From: Klebsormidium nitens
Lineage: Eukaryota > Plantae > Klebsormidiophyceae
Direction: 5' to 3'
Assembly (NCBI GenBank): GCA_000708835.1
Contig: DF237710.1
Coordinates: 1-35,544, forward strand
Length of the DNA: 35,544 nucleotides
Shown piece by piece: positions 1 through 11,822 of the stretch (position 1 is its first letter; each line of letters opens with the position of its first letter). Under the pieces are notes generated by a model. It did no database searches. It saw only the letters and a list, made by a program, of their open reading frames with translations, and had not been told where the DNA came from. A program made the translations under genes and the position numbers.

Positions 1-586
1 AGCAGGGAGGGCTGTTTGCTGCGGCATGCAGCTAAAGACGGTCGCGAGAAAATCAAACATCTGTGGCTGCCAGTACTGACGTGATCGGCCTATTTGGCTA
101 CGGCGAGAACGAAAAGAGACCATCGATCGGATCGAAGCTCACTTTGAAATTCCTAAGTAGACGTCACAACTCTGGCTTGCCATGCTATATGCGGTAAAAG
201 CGGGGCCTCATGTTGAAAGGGTTTTGGCAGATTGACCCCTGTGTTGGTTGGGCGGCCATGGTTGCATCTAACTTCATTCTACCGTCCGGTAGAAGGTCAG
301 CCATTGAGGAAGAGTTAGTGATGACAACACACAATTCATCTTACGTATGCCATGAGAACTTAGCCTGTGGCCCATGGGTGGCGTGTAAAAGGGAACTTCA
401 TCGAAATCTGAGGGCGATATGGTACTGGACGGTGGGATGCATGATGCACGTTGAGTACGTTCATGCATGCAAGTCATCAACAAGAATGAGGGAAAAAGGA
501 TTTTTGAAGGCTGGCGGCAAACCAGTCAGTCACCGTCGGTATGTAGAATGATGAAAAGGACATAATCAGACATTAGCAAACAAAAC

Positions 587-3500
587 CTAGGCCAACACAG
601 TGGCCCCTTTACCAACGATTTCAGACACGTAGTCCCTAGCCCACAGGTCGTAATGCACTATCTCCTCAAGATCAGGTCGCAAAACGAGGTCGTCTTGATG
701 CTTCTCGCAAGTCTTCTCGATCACCTTGGCAATGTCCAGATATTGTATCCTGCAGTACAGAAGAAGAGCACAATCAGCACCTTCAAGGTTGTGGCAGGAG
801 AAGAGAACTTAACATGTCGTTGACAGGGCCAATGGACGGTGATAGCAGACCCACACATCTTGAGTAACACGAAGGTCACCGAAGCTTCCAGATCATCGAC
901 TTAAGCGATTTATCAAATAACCTTCTACGATCGGCTGCACCGAGTTTGCATTCCTGCCCACCCTATCTGCTCAAGCAGCACCCGCTTGTCCAAGGCCGCA
1001 CAATACTGCAACGTAAGATTCCATTAGCACTGGAAACTGACAGCAACTACAGACAATCAAGAGCCAGGAACAAGGACGAAGCGCTGTCCTTGTCCACCAG
1101 CAACCTTCGACCTTTGAAACCACCGCACAACTCCGCGGGAGGAGCTCTTTGTTCTTTTTATCCAGATCCAAGCCCGCACAGGACTCCTCGAGGCAATGCG
1201 TTGCATTACATCACCCATTCTGAAGAAGGACCGTGTGATTGATCTCGCCATCCCCACTCACCTTTCGTCAAGGAACAGCTCGACGGCCCTCTCGTTGGCC
1301 GCGCTGAGCACGCCGGTCATGGTGCCGCCCGCCCGGCCTGCGGCGTAGGCGAGCTTCATGGAGGGGTACTTGGCGTGGTCCGGCTTCCTGAACGTGAGGT
1401 CGCCCATCTTGATGAAGTCCAGGCGCGGCCACGTCTGCTCGCTGGTCGGGACGCGCTCCGGCCACGAGAGCGTGTACAGGATGGGTAGCCGCATGTCGGG
1501 CCACCCCAGCTGGGCCAGCACCGACGAGTCCTGCGCAGATCGACGGGAGAATGTGAGGCAGGCGGGAACGGACCCTGCTCACAATAGGTTTGACTTGACG
1601 CAGGTTGGTGAATTGTCACAGGCACAGAGGGAACTCTTTTGAAAAGACTCATGATGGGAACCGAGCTAGTCGGAGAGGAGGCCGATGAGAAGCTTTGCGA
1701 GTCGTTCAATTGGCTCTTTTTAGGACAATAACGAGCAAAAGACAAGGCCATCACATTTTTCAAGAATGCGACTTGTCGAAAGCACAATCGACCCACCCCG
1801 CTTCGGCAAAGCTGTACTGTAAGACTTACTGTCGTCCAGCACATCAAACTCGACAAGCCTCGATCTACTCTGAAAACCCCATAGAAGGCTGACGAGCCGC
1901 TCCTTCTCGTCCTCTTTTCAGAAAGCCCTATCCTCCCGTTTGTCAGCTATTCGTGGCGTGGACAGTATAAAGCCTACGCATGAATACGCTGGTCCCTCAC
2001 CTGCGTCTCGACCATGGAGTGGATGATGCTCTGCGGGTGGATGACGATCTCGATGTCGTCATAGTCTGCGCCAAACAGGTAGTGCGCCTCGATGACCTCC
2101 AGGCCCTTGTTCATGAGCGTCGCCGAGTCGACCGTGATCTTCTTGCCCATGCTCCAGTTGGGGTGCTTGATCGCGTCCTCCACGCGCACCGTCGCCAGCT
2201 TCTCCACGGGCCAGTCCCTGCAAGCAGATCGCTCTATTTGTAGTGCTATTTCTTTTCGGGTCTGTTTGTAGTGCTCTTTGTTTTCAGCGAAGTATTCTGT
2301 ACCCTACGTGTCCCAGAGACGACAATCTCGAGCTTGGGGCTACACTTCTGAAGTGTCTCCCGGTTCAGAAGACCTTGAAGGCGACGCTTTTAGCAGGAGC
2401 CTGCAAAACTTCTGCCGAGTATGGTGTTCGTTTCGGCTAACGGACTCCACCACTTATCGCTCTGCTCACACGACGAGGGCTGCTTGCATGCCAGGATATA
2501 AAGAGCTCTGCCGCGGGGACCCGGCCCAGTGAAGGGGCCTAGTACGGCCCTGCCCTTCAAGCAGACCAGCGTTTGGTATGTCAAATCAAATCAACGAACG
2601 GCTGTTCAAAGCTAGATCCGCTTTCGCAAGTGCCAACGGGGCACACCCTCGGAATGTCGACGGGACCACTGGAGCAACAGAGGATCAAGGTCAACGAAAG
2701 CCAGGCTAACCTGAAGGCACCTCCCGAAGCAGTCAGGATAATCCGACGTAGGCCGCCCTCTGGAAGGCCTTGTATGCACTGCAGGAATAAGGGGTGTCAA
2801 GATCTCACGTTGAAATCCAGCAAAGTTCACAAAGCCAGGCAGCACACGCAACTGCACTTCCGGCATTCAGCCCTAACGGCTTGCCACCGGCTCTCGAGTC
2901 TTCTCCAAAGCGATACCAAGCAGCCCGGCGAATTGTGCGCCGCTGTCCAAGAGCTCATCACTACAAAGCTCTCACCTGGAAGAGTGCAGAGTGCTCTGAG
3001 TCTGCGGGCAGGATGTTGACCCCATACTTCCTAGCGAGCGGCAACACGTAGGGCGCCCCAGCGATCAGCGTTTCCTTGTTCGCTAAGGCAATGTCCTTCC
3101 CGGCCTCAATAGCAGCTACCGTCGGCTTGAGCCCCGCACACCCCACGATCCCTGTCACCACCGTGACAGCATCCTTGTGCCGGGCAACCTGGCACACACA
3201 ATCGCAGAATAGTCAGTCACCATTCCTGATGGCCATACATGGTGTAACTCAATCTGGCTTTGCCCTTCTTGTCTCTTGAGCTTGAGGGCCATGCGCATCC
3301 GCACATTCCATCTGCATTACAACGCTAAACGCGCTTGCATCTGGCTAGAGCAAGACTTTCGGCTTACCTCCACGGTGCCCTGCTCCCCAGTCATGATCTC
3401 CGGTTGAGGCTGCACGTCTTTGATCAGCTCCTTCAACTCAGGGACCATGGCCGCATCTCGGATGGCCACCAGGCTAGGCTTGAATTCACGCACCTGCGAA

Positions 3501-5557
3501 GACAGACACAGATTTTGACAATGAGGGTTTGCCAGCACAGTTACAAGATGAAATGGGCATCAAACTGTCCTGTCATGATACAGCAGGGATCTGACCATCT
3601 CATTTTTGTTCAAAGGGGCTGCCAAATTACTGCCGAATCGGTGGCTTAGATCGAGTCCGCTCTTCTGCTGCTAGAACGATTATGAGAACGTCAGGTCAGA
3701 GGCAAATCAGAGCTTTGACATGAATGACGAGAGTGTCAAGTCCGCACGTGCGCCTCCTGCAATCTCGATTGCCTTTGTCAGAATGCAGGCGGTCTTACAA
3801 AGTAATGCAAGCATAAGTGCAAATCAGCGTCCCGTCTGATGAGCCCTAACCTACCTGGACAAGAAGTGGTTCTTCTATAGCACAAGGAGAACAGCACTAG
3901 GGGATTGCGACTGATCTAGGGGCTTGACAACTTTGACCTGGCCACATATAGTGACGCACCTGTTCAGCGAGCAGGGTGACGTTGGACCCTGCTGCAATTG
4001 CTACTACCTTGAATTTGTCGGGGTGCTCCCGAGCGATGTCCAGGGTCTGCAAGAACGGAGAAAGCTCAATCATTCCCAAGTCTTGGCAAACGAGGTAACT
4101 CCACAGATTGTACACAATATAGCTGTACTTATGCACAAAGCAATGATGCAGGAAGCTGGAGAACCTAAACAGGCGCCTGGCTACAGGACAGGATATGCGT
4201 CTTGGCCTCAAAATGCATGTATCAACATCTACATGTAGGTCTCTTACAACGTCTATGCCAGGGAGGTCAACGTTTCCCTGGAGGCAGGTCGCTGTTGCAG
4301 ACCACTCTTTATGGTCGATGGCTGACCTGCGTTCCAATTGAGCCGGTGGAGCCGACAAGCGAGATTGGCTTGGGGCCCTGTGTTTCCCAGTTCCAGGGGT
4401 TGTGAGGAGCGGTCGCCCTGCCGGGCCACGCTGGGGGGACGGTGTTAGAGGCGCCATTTGCGGAACCGTTGGAGCCGGCACAGCGGGCCCCAACAGAGGG
4501 GGGCACAGGGAGGTCCCTTCTGTAGACCCCTGCAGATAGCAGGGCCGTCAGAGTCTGAGAAGCGGGGTGTTGTCCCAACAGCAACTCGTGCTGGACAGAT
4601 GTCATGGCCTTTATGCAGTAAGAGCGATCGTCTTTTGGGCAGCAGAATCTGGGATGAGCTTCAATATTCTCCGCTCATTGCCCTCAATAGAGATGCTCTT
4701 GAACGACTTATATGCATAGCCAGAACCATTCTGGATTATGCATCTGGATGTGAGCAAAACAGCGTAAGCGGCCTGAGTATGCTCACGGCTGTATGGACTG
4801 TGAAGTGAAAGATGTGGTTAAATGTAGTTGGGACATACGTTCAGGGCCGCTTCTGCACTTCAAAAGCTAGCCGCTTCTGCACTTCAAAAGCCTAGCCCGT
4901 CACGGAGCACAGAAGGGTCAATGAAAGCGATCAATTTAATTTGTTTGATCGCAATGAAAACCAATGGACAATGAGTTCCCAACCAGAACTTGTAGTACGT
5001 CAGTGCTTACCTCTTGGTGGGGCGCCCAGACTGGTTGCGGACAACGAGTTCCTAACGTCGCTCCTCAAAAACTCAGACTGCAACTGTAAACAGGGAAGCG
5101 AACTTATACAGTCAGCTTTAGTGGGAAGCTTGAGTGCCTCCTGTCCTGTCTTGCCTGAAAGGGTGCTGAAGTACACCACATTACAATGGGTGCCATTCTG
5201 CCCGTATCGGGAGGCATTGTCCTTGTCCCAAGGGTTCTTCACGACCAGCATTCAGTTGCTAATCAAGTAATGAGACCTTGCATTGGATCTTTCAGCGGCT
5301 CATACGAGCCGGTTCTCTCAACACCTTAAGGTGTAGATATGCATTGGAACCAATGGCCAGCCTTGCAACCAAAAGACTAGGCAGTCCAGTGCTTCCTCAC
5401 AGCACGTTGTGGCCACATTGCACATTCCTGGCCCGATGAACGTACTCACCGAACCTGTGTGTCCTGAAAAAAGCTGCTGAGGACCAGATAACACGTCCTG
5501 CCTAGCGAAAGGAGCAGCAATGTTACCCACACAGCGGCTGACGGCAATCTGCGCCAT
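587..5557 (-). CDS. DXR: 1-deoxy-D-xylulose 5-phosphate reductoisomerase (plastid MEP pathway), ~506 aa, 10 exons: 5557-5450, 5077-5011, 4529-4327, 4046-3960, 3493-3368, 3188-2976, 2778-2711, 2217-2001, 1530-1262, 749-587
   Basis: Spliced translation gives the diagnostic DXR motifs [17 protein letters not shown] (NADPH binding), [49 protein letters not shown] and AANERAV. All junctions are GT-AG with matching phases and the stop is TAG at 587-589. The N-terminal Ser/Ala-rich segment resembles a transit peptide. The exon-2 acceptor could be 5083 instead of 5077. Confidence 0.97.
4846..4894. repeat. Tandem duplication of a 24/25-bp unit in DXR intron 2
   Basis: gccgcttctgcacttcaaaagcta is followed directly by gccgcttctgcacttcaaaagccta. 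Confidence 0.9.
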
Positions 5558-5596
5558 TTCTAAACTTCTTCGAGGCTACTGCAGCGCTAGCAAGCA

Positions 5597-5626
5597 ACAG
5601 AATCTGCGCTTGAGCCCAGATTCTGT
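5597..5626. other. 10-bp-stem hairpin about 40-70 nt upstream of the DXR ATG
   Basis: acagaatctg (5597-5606) and cagattctgt (5617-5626) are exact reverse complements. Function unknown. Confidence 0.4.
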
Positions 5627-5873
5627 GTCTATCCGCCAGAAGCGTTCTGAGAACGACTGCTCAAACAGGCCCCATCATGCTGCATGTTAGTACCTCTAGG
5701 TCATACTGCCCCCAGCGTTCTGGACCCTGGTGGTTGGAGAGCCTTTACCGCCCGCTGAAGCGGCCATTAACGGCCCCCTACCGTCGAACATAGGCCAATG
5801 ATACCTGATCTGAACAGCGGGGATGGCATTCGACGGTGGTCCGATCCTCGTGACACGAAACCCATGGGTTAAA

Positions 5874-5882
5874 TTAGGGTTT
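5874..5882 (-). promoter_or_regulatory. Telo-box-like motif (AAACCCTAA) upstream of DXR
   Basis: ttagggttt on the + strand, ~320 bp upstream of the DXR start. A single short match that may be chance. Confidence 0.2.
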
Positions 5883-5901
5883 CTTCCTGCCGCAGGATTG
5901 C

Positions 5902-5979
5902 CTCAGGCGCCCTCAGGCTCAGGCGCCCGCCCGGGCGGCCACCTGGAGCCTGTGGAGGCGCCCGGGCGGCCACCTGGAG
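5902..5979. repeat. GC-rich direct repeats
   Basis: cgcccgggcggccacctggag at 5928-5948 and 5959-5979; ctcaggcgccc at 5902-5912 and 5918-5928. Confidence 0.8.
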
Positions 5980-8900
5980 GCGCAAATTGCTTTCTGACTT
6001 TCAAGTTCAAGATCAACCTGAGGCTGGAGCTATCCCAAGAACTCTGCCGTTGGCCTGCAGGGCGATCTGCCAGCTATTTCATTGCTGCCAGAGTCTGCTG
6101 CACGTCCATTGAGACCCCATCATACGTCACAGGCTGCAGACTTGCTCGTCTTCGTTCCGTTTGTCCGCAGCTCATCTTGGATTAGCTTTTTGTGTGCCTA
6201 AAGTTCTTCTGAAAGATTCCAAGTCTAGCTTGTAGTTCCAATTGATTGAGGGAAGTGTGCAATGCAAGCTTTACGGGCTAGGTCGCTGTCGGCGTTACGA
6301 TTGCGGGCTGGCCCTCCTGTTGCAGCTGGGAAAAAAGGAGGTAAAAAGGCTGCCACTGCAGGTGAGACCAACTTCTGGGCCAGCGGTCAAACGTGAAGTT
6401 CTGAAGAATGCTGATGGTAGCACTTGTTGTCTCCCGCCTCCAGAACTCGATTAGATGTTGTATGCAAGTTCGTCTTTCTAGCCCAGGCTTGAATCAGGCT
6501 TGAACAACTCTGTGCTTACTGGCACCATCACATGGTGGAAAGTGACCATGACGTGGAACGCATCCACCGTGGCTGGCGCGCTCAGAAAGCCGGTGGTGAG
6601 GTCGACCCGGTGAACAGAGACAAATTTGAAAGGACTTGTGTTCTCCGATTGCTGGTGATTTTACCACCACTGATCGAATGATGCATCGATTGGCTATTCC
6701 CAGAACCTTCTGGCGGACCGAAAGAGAACTCGCTGGCCACGGGGAGGACCATAGGTGCAAATATACACAAAGAGGGGAGCGATCCACCACATAAACCAGA
6801 CAGGTAGGGAAAGTGGGTTGTCTCTGGTAATAGAACTACTGTCAAATTGGACATCGGCGACCCGCTTCAGGTGTTTTCCTTTAGAAGTTCATTGCTGTCA
6901 ATAAGACTGACTCGTTCCTGCAAGACTTGACGGGGCAAGGTTATTGTATCGCTCTCTTCGTGCCTTCAACTGGATGGGACAGCTGGACTCCAGACTCTCT
7001 TGAGAACTCGGGTTTGTGCCCTTTTAGGAACGTCTCTGGCGTGTGGATGCCCAGCTGTTTGTGACAGTCGAATTGCGACTTGACGGTCTTGGAATCAGCA
7101 AGATATCTCCCCTTTCTGAAGGGTTCGCCAGGCACTGTCTTTAAGGCAGGGAGGTCAAGATCCTACAAAGTCTCCATCTGACGTAAACTCGAGCGTCCAT
7201 GAATCTAGGCTTAGAATTTTGCTCTTGCGCGGGGCAGATTTTACTGTTTCCTTCGGAGTTGCGGAGCAAAAACTGCACTACTTGCCCCCGCCAGTTGCGA
7301 CACTGGTCAAGCCCCCAATTGAAGGCTGCCACAAGTGACCTGTTTTGCGTCAAAACCAGGATAAACATTCTGGTGGTAGGCCGAGTGACTGTCAAGATGA
7401 CACATTGCTTTTTGAGAGGGTCTCAGGATCACGTCTTCTTGAAAGATAAATTTTTCCCTTGAAAGATATTTTTTTCCTGCAGTGAGTACCCAGCGTGGGT
7501 GTTCAAGCTAACGAATAGAAAACCCCCCCTAAGTGAGCTCCGACGGAAGAAGCCAGAAACGCTGACTGATCAGGAGGTGAGACTACGCGAACAGCGCGTC
7601 TGCTTAAGGGCAACTCTATCGCCTCACGATTCTGTTTCCACCCCCCAGTCAAAGGTCTTCCTCATCAATTGCGTTGTGAACAGCGCTTGCCTGTGGAGAA
7701 GCAGGGTTGCTTTTTCCAGCGGAGCACCCAGCGACGGTTATCTAAATATTCTTTCACGAAGGGGTATGATGCACCACTATCGCTTCCATTGTGCAGGTTC
7801 TGAGACTTCTCAAACTGAGCAACAGACAGAAGATAAAGGAGGCAAACTTTGAAAAGACGCTTCAATAGTTGTATCCCGTTTTCAGTAGGCGCCTCTATCA
7901 TTGACTGCTTTCTGGCATGCACGCGGTAGGGTGCAACATGGATCACTGTCGAGTTTGCACTTATATTCCTTAGCACCAACTACGTATATGTGCATGCTTG
8001 CAATGCCGTGTTTTTCTACAATGTCGTGGTTGAATTGCCATTTGTAAGCAGGAAATCACGTTGGGCATAGCTGTACATATGGTTCAGTCCACATGAAAGG
8101 ATCGACCGCGCGTCGCGGACTCACAGGGCGCCTGCACTTCAAATTCGACCATGTGTGGTTACCGTTGTTGGGCTATTTAGACGAAGCTGTGTCAAAATAG
8201 TCCGCGGGTCAGCCTGCCACTTAATTATAGACATATATATGGAGATCATTATGGCTATTAGTAGATGCACATACATGCCAACGGATGGATGAACTTGGCC
8301 GGTATTAAACACGTTTAGTGACGGTCACTTTGAAGTAGATGGCAAGGCTGCATGTATGATGTAATTAAACAGCTAGCTTTGCAAGATGTGCCTCAGTGCG
8401 GCATGTCTGACACGACACGTATATATACATGGCCGCCGCGCTACTTCAAACACATGCAAGCCATGACCGTCTCGTGCACCGCCGATCCCTATATGTGACG
8501 GTACGTGCGCGCCTGTGATTGGCTTCAATTTGAATTCTGCAATGATGCCGCCCACAGTTTCATACATGATCCTCAAATTCGCACATCATTTTGTAGAGGC
8601 GGCTTAGATCGATGTATGACGCGCTGCAACCAGCTGCGTCCATATGGCACAAGCCGGTATGATCAGTATGTGAGTCATCCGATTGTCCATGACAGGAGAA
8701 GTGATGTGGAAGAGAGGGCTGGTGTTTCGAATTTGGCGGGCCCAGCCAGATTCGTTCGTGTCTTCGTGTTCTGCACGACTGACAGTGTCCTAGGACGACC
8801 AGCTCCTGCATGGCAAATTTGATCAGCTTTGAGTTAACTCGTGGCATGAAGCGCGAGTGCACCATGACTTAAATTGAGCATGTGGCCCGAGCTTCAATTA

Positions 8901-9006
8901 TGCAACACTTGTCAACTTGTAGGTCCGGTACCTTCTCCGGGCAATAACAATGTTAATGACAATGACAATGACAGTGACAGTAATGCAGGAACAGTAACAA
9001 TAACGT

Positions 9007-9186
9007 ACAATAACAATAACAATAACAATAACAATAACAATAACAATAACAATAACAATAACAATAACAATAACAATAACAATAACAATAACAATAACAA
9101 TAACAATAACAATAACAATAACAATAACAATAACAATAACAATAACAATAACAATAACAATAACAATAACAATAACAATAACAATA
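9007..9186. repeat. Perfect hexanucleotide microsatellite (ACAATA)30 with a degenerate 5' flank (~8940-9006)
   Basis: 180 uninterrupted bp of ACAATA. The upstream flank carries the variants AATGAC, AGTGAC and AGTAAC. Confidence 0.98.
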
Positions 9187-9432
9187 ATTCACTTGTCTCT
9201 CAAGCCCTTACTCCTCAGTTATCGTATCGAACCCCTCAGTTTTCGTATCAGCAAAGCTCAACACAAGTACAGTCTGCTCTTTTGAAAGCTCAAATTGCCG
9301 CCATATTATGTACCTATAATCAGTTCCCTCGAAAGAGGATTAGTAATAAAAAGCCGCTGTACTTTGAACATAAGCCCAAGCCCCCTAAATACTACGTCCA
9401 ACTCATAACGTTCCTTCGTGGCTCCCTCTTTT

Positions 9433-10563
9433 TCACATTGACTTCGTACGATGGAGGCTCAGGGGCGCAAGGCTGCTACTTTCTGTAGCTCCCGAACAAT
9501 TTCTGTTCGTCCGACCACCCTGCTCAGCTGTCATCAGGTAGAAGTCAGCCAGACGCTCGGTCACCAACACGACCGACTGTGACCTCTCAAGCCGCGACTC
9601 GTAAAACCTTGCCCCGCTGACGGCTTCTTCCGTTTCTTTGACAGGCGGAAGCGCACCAGAGTCGCTGTCGTTGCTCACATGACGTTGCTTGCGGGGCTTC
9701 GGCTCGGAATCCCCCCCAAAGACTCTACCGTGCTCTTTTACAAGCGCACTAAGAGGCCGCGTTTTCGGAGGCAGCGGCAAGCTGGCAGCCCTCCGCAAGC
9801 CCTGGCCGGGCATAGTCGCGGCCAGCTGGCCCCCGATCGGAGGAGGACTGAAAAGCCTCGAGGAGCAATTCTTGTCTGCACGCGGCGAAGCCACATTTCC
9901 GTGCGCGTCAAACTTCATCCCGCCTGGAAAGACGTTCTCCTCGTAGCTGCCGAGCCGAGCCAACCCAAGCTCGCGCGGAGTGTCGTGGAAGGACTGCGCG
10001 GGCGCGGACGCGGCTTTCTGAAGGGTCCGTCGCGGCGGCAGGTCCCGGCAGGGCTGGGCGGAGTGCGGCTGGGAGAGGCCAGGGTAATGCGTCTCGAGGG
10101 CTTTGTTGATGACGTCACGAGCGGCTAGAAGAGCCATCAGGTCTGACGAGGGGGCCGGCGACGTCAGCTCGAGGCTGCGGGTGGGGGAGAAGGACGACGC
10201 GGTTTGCTGCCGGCCTCTGTAAACACCCCCGTTGTCGAACGTACGATCGTCCTGCACCAGCCTGGGCGAAACCGGACGCGACCTACTAAGCCTCCGTTCC
10301 CCTTCGAGAAGCTCCCGAGACGCTTCTACCTGGTTGACCACAGCTTTGACACTGCGGCGCACGCCCGAGGAGAAGCTTGCACGTGGGTGGACGGAGAAGC
10401 AGACGGGGCAGAGGCGGCTTGCAGGTTGGGACTGGCTCTCCTTCAGGGAAAAGCGCTGCATGCACGCCAGGTGGCAGAGGTAGCCACAGCTGGCGGCATA
10501 GAGGCGCTCACTGCAGCTCATGGGGCAGACGCAGATGGGGCATGTGCCCCCGGAGGAGGAGGA
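9433..10563 (-). CDS. RING-finger protein (RING-H2-like, putative E3 ligase) with a long Ser/Pro/Arg-rich disordered C-terminus; terminal exon only, upstream exon(s) unresolved
   Basis: Acceptor ...cttattcctcactcccgcag opens an exon at 10563 reading SSSSGGTCPICVCPMSCSERLYAASCGYLCHLAC...LCPVC. The CPIC pair lies upstream of the ORF-track start at 10521. The frame is open to TGA at 9433-9435, and an in-frame TAG just upstream of the acceptor requires splicing. Confidence 0.75.
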   Translation of the reverse strand, partial: SSSSGGTCPICVCPMSCSERLYAASCGYLCHLACMQRFSLKESQSQPASRLCPVCFSVHPRASFSSGVRRSVKAVVNQVEASRELLEGERRLSRSRPVSPRLVQDDRTFDNGGVYRGRQQTASSFSPTRSLELTSPAPSSDLMALLAARDVINKALETHYPGLSQPHSAQPCRDLPPRRTLQKAASAPAQSFHDTPRELGLARLGSYEENVFPGGMKFDAHGNVASPRADKNCSSRLFSPPPIGGQLAATMPGQGLRRAASLPLPPKTRPLSALVKEHGRVFGGDSEPKPRKQRHVSNDSDSGALPPVKETEEAVSGARFYESRLERSQSVVLVTERLADFYLMTAEQGGRTNRNCSGATESSSLAPLSLHRTKSM

Positions 10564-11540
10564 CTGCGGGAGTGAGGAATAAGAAAATCTCAGCTAGATT
10601 GCCGCAAGGCTTTACTTTTGAGCTGGTTCACGGACGGGACTCGAGGGAGAGACATGGATGGAGCAGTGGTGCAGCAAGGGATCGCAAACAAGAGACTCGT
10701 TGCTCCTGCAAGGTTTGTTTCTGGTACCCAGTTCGGAATCACTCCATGATATCAGTTCACAGAAGAAAAGGCCTTTCGGCGGATGTGCAGGAGTCGAGCT
10801 TGGGTCCAGAAAATGCCGAGGGCGGCTTCTTGCCACAGGCCAGGCAACAAGCGAAGCGCAGAATTTTGTTAGTAGCACTGCCTCCTGAGAAAGTTCAGGA
10901 AACAGATCTAAGACCTTTGGAGCTTTGGCTAGTCTACCCGCAGGCTGTTGCAAACAAAGCTGGTACCACTAGAGCTCAAGAGCTCAAGCAATCTTCCACC
11001 GTCTGAACTTCTTCCCAGCTGAAATGACCGTCAAAGTACGGTGAGTTGACTGACAAGTTCAGCAGTCGAAGGTGTAAGCGTCCGCAAGAATCACTCACCA
11101 ACGACTATAACCGAAGCATCTTCAACGTGAGGGAGCAGGTTTGGACACCTTTCCTTGCACTCTCTACATACACCTATTATCTAAAAACGCTTCAACGATG
11201 CCAGTCATTCTTTTGGAGATTGGTCAGATAGCATCGAAATCGAGACAGTCTGCACCCTTATGGTGAGCTGATTGTGCTTAAGCCACTCTCTTAGGCAAAC
11301 CCGTATTCACGATTTTCACCTACTTAACAGGATCACTTCCTAGTGTGACAGCAATCTGAATGTCATTCGGATCTTGGACCCTTCCATTTCCTTAACTCCA
11401 ATCAAAACGGTACTATATCCTGACTCTTTCCAACCTTTCTACTGCCTGATCAGCTCCACAATTGCAATCATTCTTGCCGCCTGGTTTGACTCTGATGGCT
11501 TATAACTGATCCGAAATCACCCGAAGAAACCAGAACTGCT

Positions 11541-11560
11541 CTAGTAGCACGTGCTACTAG
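11541..11560. repeat. Perfect 20-bp palindrome CTAGTAGCACGTGCTACTAG
   Basis: Self-reverse-complementary and centred on a CACGTG core. Confidence 0.9.
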
Positions 11561-11578
11561 GTCCCAACTTCTGCTCAC

Positions 11579-11822
11579 CAGCTCCTCAGCGCCACCGGCA
11601 CCCGCATCCAGATCAGCTCGGACAGTCCGGCGCAAGCGCGGAGTCTCCGTGCCCACTCCTTTGCTCCCACCATGCACGGGTCCGCTTTTGGAACCGTGCT
11701 TGTCGCTCTGCGCATCCTTGATTATGGCAGTTGACCTTAGAAGCATCATGAGCAAGCTGGTCTCAAAAGTCTGCAGCTCTTTGGCATCAGGAAAGTGGCC
11801 TCCATGAAACCATGCGTCTTCC
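11579..11822 (-). other. Candidate upstream coding exon, possibly of the RING gene
   Basis: Acceptor ...cattacgcgctcttag, open frame EDAWFHGGHFPDAKELQTFETSLLMMLL...GAEEL, and a phase-0 donor CTG|GTGAGC compatible with the phase-0 acceptor at 10563. No recognisable domain. Confidence 0.35.

Noticed and set aside
8874-9488. 204-aa poly-Asn ORF and the poly-Leu and Tyr-Cys ORFs on the opposite strand
   Set aside because: These are simply translations of the stop-free (ACAATA)n microsatellite, with no splice or codon support.
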